This document shows, piece by piece, positions 58,982 through 64,000 of a stretch of 64,000 bases of DNA. The stretch is taken from contig CAYWDX010000001.1 of assembly GCA_964456235.1 (NCBI GenBank), positions 35,074 to 99,073 of the forward strand. The letters run 5' to 3'. Each line of letters starts with the position of its first letter. The first letter of the stretch is position 1. The notes under the pieces were generated by a model. It was not told where the DNA came from. It was given only the letters and a program-made list of their open reading frames with translations, and ran no database searches. The translations under genes were made by a program, and so were the position numbers. The DNA comes from an uncultured Candidatus Saccharibacteria bacterium. Its GTDB lineage: Bacteria > Patescibacteriota > Minisyncoccia > UBA6257 > 2-01-FULL-56-20.

Positions 58982-59001
58982 CTGTGAATTACTGTTCACA
59001 G
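58982..59001. promoter_or_regulatory. Palindromic operator CTGTGAA-N6-TTCACAG overlapping the promoter of the inserted gene
   Basis: Perfect 7-6-7 inverted repeat, CRP/FNR-like half-sites (TGTGA...TCACA), immediately downstream of the TATAAC -10 box. Confidence 0.45.
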
Positions 59002-59029
59002 TTATATCATATTTTGCAGAAAAAATCAA
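59001..59029 (-). promoter_or_regulatory. Promoter TTGATT-N17-TATAAC for the inserted secreted-protein gene
   Basis: -35 at 59029-59024 and -10 at 59006-59001 on the minus strand. Confidence 0.45.
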
Positions 59030-59066
59030 TCACGCGCTAGAGATCCCTCGCGCAGCATGCTCGAAA

Positions 59067-61172
59067 TTACCGCTTCTTCCCTTCGATAATCTGTTGGGCG
59101 ATATTCGCGGGCGCGGGTTCGTAGTGGTCGAATTCCATCGTGAACGAGCCGCGGCCCTGCGACATCGAGCGGAGTTCGGTCGCGTAACCAAACATTTCTG
59201 ACAACGGAATCTTTGCGTCGATTACTTTAAGTCCCGGCCGGTCGCCCATCGATTCAATGCGCCCGCGCTTCGAATTTACATTACCCGTCACCTCGCCCAT
59301 AAAATTATCGGGGACGATGATCTGAATTTTCATGATGGGTTCGAGGATCACCGGCTTCGCGCGCTTTGCCGCTTCCTGAAATGCCATCGAGCCGGCGATT
59401 TTGAACGCCGCTTCGGACGAGTCCACTTCGTGGAATGATCCGTCATAGAGAGTGACTTCGACATCTACCACTGGATAGCCAGCGAGGATGCCCTTATCGG
59501 TCGCCTCTTTGACGCCCTTTTCGGTCGGATTGATGAACTCTTTGGGAATCGCGCCTCCTTTAATTTCGTCGAGGAACACAAAACCCTGCCCGCGCTCAAG
59601 CGGCTTCACGCGCAAGCGGACGTGGCCGTATTGCCCGCGCCCACCGGATTGTTTGATATATTTCCCCTCCGCTTCCGCTTCGCCCATGATCGTTTCTTTG
59701 TACGCGACCTGCGGCCGCCCCACATTTGCTTCCACGCCGAATTCACGCTTCATGCGATCCACGATAATTTCCAAGTGCAGCTCGCCCATACCAGAAATAA
59801 TAGTGTCGCCGGTGTCCGCATCCCCCGCCACGCGGAAGGTCGGATCCTCTTCGGCCAGGCGATGGAGCGCCGTGCCCATTTTTTCTTGGTCAGCTTTCGT
59901 TTTCGGTTCGATGCGCAGGCCAATCACCGGTTCAGGGAAGGTAATTTTTTCAAGAATGATCGGGTGGTCAATGTCGGTGAGTGTGTCCCCGGTGGTCGTA
60001 CTCTTCAAGCCCACGATCGCAGCGATTTCACCCGCATAAATTTCATCGACTTCCTCGCGGTCGTTCGCGTGCATGCGGACGATGCGGCCAACGCGCTCCT
60101 GTACGCCTTTCGTTGCATTATAGATGTAGGAGCCGCGCTTGATCACACCCGCGTAATTGCGGAAGAATGCCAGACTCCCCACAAACGGGTCGGTCGCGAT
60201 TTTAAACGCAAGCGCGGTGAACGGTTCGCTGTCGTTTGCCTTGCGTTCAACTTCGGCGCCCGTTTTTTCGTCATGGCCTTTGACCGGAGGCAGGTCCGTC
60301 GGAGAAGGGAGAAACTCCACGACCGCGTCGAGCATGAATTGGACGCCTTTATTTTTTAGCGCCGAGCCGCACAACACCGGAATAATGTTGTTCGCGATCA
60401 CCGCCTTGCGCAGCGTCTTGCGCAAATTTTCCAAAGAAATTTCTTTACCGTCAAGATACTCTGCCATCACCGCGTCATCGTTTTCCGCAATCCTTTCAAT
60501 AAGATCATGGCGGTGCTTCGCGACCGTCTCTTTCAGGTCATCGGGGATCGGGATCTCCACCATCTTTTCGCCGTGCTCGCCCTCAAAACCATAGGCTTTG
60601 TTTTCAAGCAAATTAATGATTCCTTTAAAATTCGCCTCTGAACCGATCGGCAGCTGGATCGGAATTGCGTGTTTGGTCAAACGATCCAAGATCGACTGGA
60701 AACTTTTTTGGAACGATGCGCCCGAGCGGTCGAGCTTATTGATAAAACAGATGCGCGGCACTTTGTAGTCGTCCGCGTAGCGCCAGTTTGTTTCCGACTG
60801 CGGTTCGACGCCCGCGACACCGTCGAACACGACGACCGCGCCGTCCAAAACGCGGAGCGAACGCTTCACCTCAACCGTGAAGTCAATGTGGCCAGGCGTG
60901 TCGATCAAGTTGATGCGATGCTCGTGCGCCTTATTCCCCTTTTCATAGGTGGGGATCCAGAACGCCGTTGTCGCAGCGCTCGTGATCGTGATGCCGCGCT
61001 CGCGCTCTTGTTCCATCCAATCCATTACGGTGTCGCCCGTGTGCACCTCGCCAATCTTGTGCGAAACGCCGGTATAAAAAAGGACGCGTTCAGAGACGGT
61101 CGTCTTGCCGGCATCGATATGCGCGATGATGCCGATGTTTCTGGTTTTTTCGATGGGGTATTGTCGGGGCAT
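59067..61172 (-). CDS. fusA: Elongation factor G
   Basis: [10 protein letters not shown]-domain and domains II-V. Confidence 0.95.
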   Translation of the reverse strand: MPRQYPIEKTRNIGIIAHIDAGKTTVSERVLFYTGVSHKIGEVHTGDTVMDWMEQERERGITITSAATTAFWIPTYEKGNKAHEHRINLIDTPGHIDFTVEVKRSLRVLDGAVVVFDGVAGVEPQSETNWRYADDYKVPRICFINKLDRSGASFQKSFQSILDRLTKHAIPIQLPIGSEANFKGIINLLENKAYGFEGEHGEKMVEIPIPDDLKETVAKHRHDLIERIAENDDAVMAEYLDGKEISLENLRKTLRKAVIANNIIPVLCGSALKNKGVQFMLDAVVEFLPSPTDLPPVKGHDEKTGAEVERKANDSEPFTALAFKIATDPFVGSLAFFRNYAGVIKRGSYIYNATKGVQERVGRIVRMHANDREEVDEIYAGEIAAIVGLKSTTTGDTLTDIDHPIILEKITFPEPVIGLRIEPKTKADQEKMGTALHRLAEEDPTFRVAGDADTGDTIISGMGELHLEIIVDRMKREFGVEANVGRPQVAYKETIMGEAEAEGKYIKQSGGRGQYGHVRLRVKPLERGQGFVFLDEIKGGAIPKEFINPTEKGVKEATDKGILAGYPVVDVEVTLYDGSFHEVDSSEAAFKIAGSMAFQEAAKRAKPVILEPIMKIQIIVPDNFMGEVTGNVNSKRGRIESMGDRPGLKVIDAKIPLSEMFGYATELRSMSQGRGSFTMEFDHYEPAPANIAQQIIEGKKR

Positions 61173-61236
61173 GCTTTTGATTCGCTGCCGTTAAAAATCC
61201 TCGCGCCGGGACGCGGGCGCAGTCATCATAATACTA

Positions 61237-61704
61237 TTATCGTGCAAAGTGGGCGAAGGCGCGGTTTGCTTCGGCCATGCGGTGCGTGTCCTGTTTCTTT
61301 TTGATGGCCGATCCTTCGTTCTTTGATGCCGCGATCAATTCGTCCGCCAATTTTTCCGCCATCGGCTTCCCTTTTTTGGAACGCGCTGCGTCGATGATCC
61401 AGCGAACCGCAAGGATGAAGCGCCGCTCGGGACGCACCTCGCGCGGAACCTGGTAGTTCGCGCCGCCGACGCGCTTAGAAGCTACCTCGAGGAGCGGCGA
61501 CACATTTTCCATCGCCTTTTCAAAAACTTTCAGCGGATCGTCTTTCGTCGTTTCTTTCACTTTTTCGAGCGCGGCGTAGACCACGCGCTCGGCGGTGGAT
61601 TTTTTACCATCCTTCATCACGTAATTGATGAACCGGCCGAGCTCAACGCGGCCGTGGACCACGTCGGGTTGATAATATTTTTTGTAGACGCGCTTCTTTC
61701 TCAT
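61237..61704 (-). CDS. rpsG: 30S ribosomal protein S7
   Basis: Sequence and position. Confidence 0.95.
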   Translation of the reverse strand: MRKKRVYKKYYQPDVVHGRVELGRFINYVMKDGKKSTAERVVYAALEKVKETTKDDPLKVFEKAMENVSPLLEVASKRVGGANYQVPREVRPERRFILAVRWIIDAARSKKGKPMAEKLADELIAASKNEGSAIKKKQDTHRMAEANRAFAHFAR

Positions 61705-61733
61705 GTTTACTCTATATATATGATCGCTTTCGG

Positions 61734-62153
61734 CTAGGCGGCAGGTTTCGGTCGCTTCGCGCCGTATTTCGAGCGCTGCTGTTTTCGATTTTCAACACCG
61801 GTTGTGTCGAGAACGCCGCGGACGATGTGATAGCGCACGCCCGGCAAGTCCTTCACGCGGCCGCCGCGCACCATGACGATAGAGTGCTCCTGGAGTGCAT
61901 GGCCTTCGCCGGGAATATACGCCGTGATTTCCATGCCGTTCGTGAGGCGCACGCGAGCCACCTTACGCAACGCCGAGTTCGGTTTTTTCGGGGTCGTCGT
62001 GAAAACTTTTACGCACACCCCGCGCTTAAAGGGCGACCCAGAATCCACCGGACGATTTTTGATCGAATTAAAATAGTATGACAACGCCGGCGACTTGCTC
62101 TTTGCCTTTTGCGGTGCTCTTCCCCTCTTAATTAGCTGACCGATAGTCGGCAT
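61734..62153 (-). CDS. rpsL: 30S ribosomal protein S12 (with an insertion of about 13 aa near the N-terminus)
   Basis: [12 protein letters not shown]...[19 protein letters not shown], with an extra [13 protein letters not shown] segment. Confidence 0.9.
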   Translation of the reverse strand: MPTIGQLIKRGRAPQKAKSKSPALSYYFNSIKNRPVDSGSPFKRGVCVKVFTTTPKKPNSALRKVARVRLTNGMEITAYIPGEGHALQEHSIVMVRGGRVKDLPGVRYHIVRGVLDTTGVENRKQQRSKYGAKRPKPAA

Positions 62154-62161
62154 GTGGAAGA

Positions 62162-62190
62162 ATTGTACTAGCAGTGTTGTTTTCTGTCAA
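62162..62190 (-). promoter_or_regulatory. Promoter TTGACA-N17-TACAAT for the rpsL operon, implying a near-leaderless transcript
   Basis: The -10 ends 8 nt before the rpsL ATG at 62153. Confidence 0.4.
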
Positions 62191-62235
62191 ACAAAGTATA
62201 TTATTATGGCAGATTCCGCGGCACGATACACGAAC

Positions 62236-62308
62236 GGGCCGTTAGCTCAGTTGGCAGAGCGCATCATTTGCAATGATGAGGTCACCGGTTCGAATCCGGT
62301 ACGGTCCA
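62236..62308 (+). tRNA. tRNA-Ala (anticodon TGC), no encoded CCA
   Basis: Manual cloverleaf: G3:U70 wobble in the acceptor (GGGCCGT/ACGGTCC), D-arm TAGCTCAGTTGGCAGAGCG, anticodon loop TTTGCAA, T-arm CCGGTTCGAATCCGG. Confidence 0.85.
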
Positions 62309-62330
62309 CTCAGGAAATCTCTTTTTTGGA

Positions 62331-62879
62331 TCACGCACCTTTTCTTTTTATGGGCCGCATAACTCCCGGAAATACCTTGACGATAGCACCTAGAAGAACC
62401 ATGACAGGAGTGTAGAAAAATAGGACGAACGGTAGCGTCGTCAAGCCCATCATGGAGCCACTATATGTCCAGACGTCTATATGGTAGGTCCATGGATTCT
62501 GAATAAATACAGATCCTTGCGCTACAATGGTGAACATTATTGGCAAGGCGAAACATGCGATCCCGGCCAGGAGAGCTCCGTTCAAAATCTGCAAGGCCAT
62601 TTTTATTGGTGGTAATAGTTTACTCAGTTCAAAGAAGACGTACGCGGCGATATATAGTGCCACCATTGGATAAAAGATAAAAGCTGAATGGTCGACTTTT
62701 TCTTTCCCTCCGACGACGTCGAAGTACGTATTCATCAGGACCGCAAAAAAGATGGCGATAGTTATAACAAGCCCAAAACGCTTTTCGATATTTTCTATAA
62801 GATTCTCGAAGTTGGAATCAGCCATGTCTTCAGAATAGAAGCGTTGAAGATTTTGTCTAGGAATCACCATTCCTACCAT
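62331..62879 (-). CDS. Hypothetical membrane protein in a low-GC island
   Basis: Four or more TM helices. GC is about 43% against the window mean of about 57%. Lies directly after tRNA-Ala. Confidence 0.5.
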   Translation of the reverse strand: MVGMVIPRQNLQRFYSEDMADSNFENLIENIEKRFGLVITIAIFFAVLMNTYFDVVGGKEKVDHSAFIFYPMVALYIAAYVFFELSKLLPPIKMALQILNGALLAGIACFALPIMFTIVAQGSVFIQNPWTYHIDVWTYSGSMMGLTTLPFVLFFYTPVMVLLGAIVKVFPGVMRPIKRKGA

Positions 62880-62885
62880 AATAAA

Positions 62886-62915
62886 AAGAAGGGCCCTGCT
62901 GGTTAGCAGGGCTCT
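62886..62915 (-). terminator. Intrinsic terminator
   Basis: Minus strand gagccctgct-aacc-agcagggccc followed by TTCTTTTTATT. Confidence 0.55.
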
Positions 62916-62932
62916 TGGTTGCGGAGATTGAA

Positions 62933-63223
62933 TCAGTTGACGGTGGTCGGGACGAAGCCGGCAGTGTTGATGCTCAGGCGTTCGGACCCGATCTCGACCA
63001 TCACGGCGATGTGCCCGAGGTCGACACGGAACGACCTCTTGTCCGGACTCATCACGAGCCCAGAGACCGGCTGTCCCGCGAGGACGCTGGCCAGCGTGGC
63101 GGTGTCCGCGACCTCTTCCTTTCGATGGATCAGGTCGGGCGGGATTGCGATCAAGCGGACGCCCGCGTTGCCAGTCAAGACTTGGAGCTGATTGCCCATG
63201 AGGACGGGCAATTGCAATCTCAT
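62933..63223 (-). CDS. Hypothetical small protein (96 aa)
   Basis: GGGAGG RBS 9 nt upstream of the ATG at 63223 and an upstream TTGCCA-N17-TATATT promoter. Confidence 0.5.
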   Translation of the reverse strand: MRLQLPVLMGNQLQVLTGNAGVRLIAIPPDLIHRKEEVADTATLASVLAGQPVSGLVMSPDKRSFRVDLGHIAVMVEIGSERLSINTAGFVPTTVN

Positions 63224-63301
63224 CGATACTACCTCCCAGAATTTAGGTACCAAAAGTAATATAGCATATGACTCGTCTTTTGGCAAGTGTGGATAACCGC
63301 G

Positions 63302-63940
63302 CTAGAGTCCGAGCGATTGTCCGGTGAAAAGCGTGAACAGGAAATTCACGGGCGGCAGGATGACGCCGAACCCGAAAATGACGAAGGCGAGAATGAATAT
63401 GAGCCCCCATCTCTCCAAAAAATAGGTAGCTCGAGCAAGTCCTTCGGTGTGAGGCAAAAGCGCGAACAGGATGCGCGAGCCGTCGAGCGGCGGGATCGGC
63501 ACGAGATTAAAAATTCCTAAAAGAAGATTTATGAAAACGATGATGCCGAACATGAGCAAGAGGTGCGCTGGCACGCCCGGAAATAAAATGAGGACGCGGA
63601 TCGCAATGCCAAAAATGAGTGCGAGTAAAAAGTTGGTGGCGGGTCCGGCGAGCGCAATCTTCGCTCCCCCGCTCCGCGGATCTTTCAGATTTTCCGGATT
63701 ATAAGGAACGGGCTTTGCCGCGGCAAAAAAGAAGGCGCCGCCAGATGCAATATAAAGGAGGAGTGGCATGAGGACCGATCCAAAAGGATCGAGATGCTTT
63801 AAAGGATTTAATGTGAGGCGTCCGGCATCACGCGCGGTCGAGTCGCCGAGACGTTCCGCTTCGAATCCATGCGCAACCTCGTGCAACACGGCAGAAAAAA
63901 TCAAAACGACGAATTCGAAGATGACAATTGCGACATCCAT
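63302..63940 (-). CDS. M50-family (site-2 protease-like) zinc metalloprotease, small membrane form
   Basis: HEVAHG (HExxH) in a TM helix and NLVPIPPLDG (LDG motif). Confidence 0.8.
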   Translation of the reverse strand: MDVAIVIFEFVVLIFSAVLHEVAHGFEAERLGDSTARDAGRLTLNPLKHLDPFGSVLMPLLLYIASGGAFFFAAAKPVPYNPENLKDPRSGGAKIALAGPATNFLLALIFGIAIRVLILFPGVPAHLLLMFGIIVFINLLLGIFNLVPIPPLDGSRILFALLPHTEGLARATYFLERWGLIFILAFVIFGFGVILPPVNFLFTLFTGQSLGL

Positions 63941-64000
63941 AAAAATAAGTGTACCATTAAGGCGTTCGGCGCCGCCCCTGCGGCACCCACGCCCTCGTGG

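Noticed and set aside
58982-59001. Calling the palindrome a bona fide CRP site
   Set aside because: Only the half-site resemblance is visible. Without a CRP/FNR homologue in the genome the assignment is unsafe, so it is reported as a generic operator.

Overview
This 64 kb window is a core chromosomal region of a small-genome bacterium, about 57% GC. Ribosomal protein L30 is absent between S5 and L15, atpH and atpC are truncated, hrcA is short and L24 carries an extension, so the best fit is a Patescibacteria/CPR-like lineage. I regard this placement as tentative.

Nearly all genes lie on the minus strand in conserved blocks:
- smc'-rnc-nusB-rpmF-rnhB
- an hrcA-grpE-dnaK-X-dnaJ heat-shock operon preceded by a CIRCE-like operator
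- corA, cysS, dnaB and recR on the plus strand
- ychF
- an ABC transporter with radC and a histidine kinase
- pgi/pmi and gdh
- ftsEX followed by the complete F1Fo ATP synthase operon atpBEFHAGDC
- prfB with its programmed +1 frameshift
- dnaE, lysS, greA, map, adk and secY
- the long ribosomal protein cluster L15 through L3, then S10, tuf, fusA, S7 and S12
- four tRNAs: Lys, Thr, Ala, and a 3'-half remnant

Three observations are the most unusual:
- The universally conserved rpsJ-rplC junction is split by about 0.8 kb of structured non-coding DNA. It carries a TA-flanked 134-nt MITE-like element with 12-bp terminal inverted repeats (14 bp counting the TA) abutting the S10 stop codon, a mini-cassette for a 94-aa membrane protein bracketed by two near-identical GCAA-tetraloop hairpin terminators, divergent promoters, and a terminator-like hairpin in the L3 leader.
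- tuf and fusA are separated by an autonomous transcription unit (promoter, palindromic operator, RBS, terminator) encoding a 279-aa secreted protein.
- A perfect-consensus sigma70 promoter is followed about 140 nt later by an intrinsic terminator just upstream of dnaE, which is a candidate sRNA or leader.

Other notable points are an rpmF gene hidden in an alternate frame inside an over-extended rnhB ORF at a T6 homopolymer, several low-GC or atypical-codon islands next to tRNAs, and ribosomal proteins with unusual extensions. I found no rRNA, CRISPR array or recognisable transposase.
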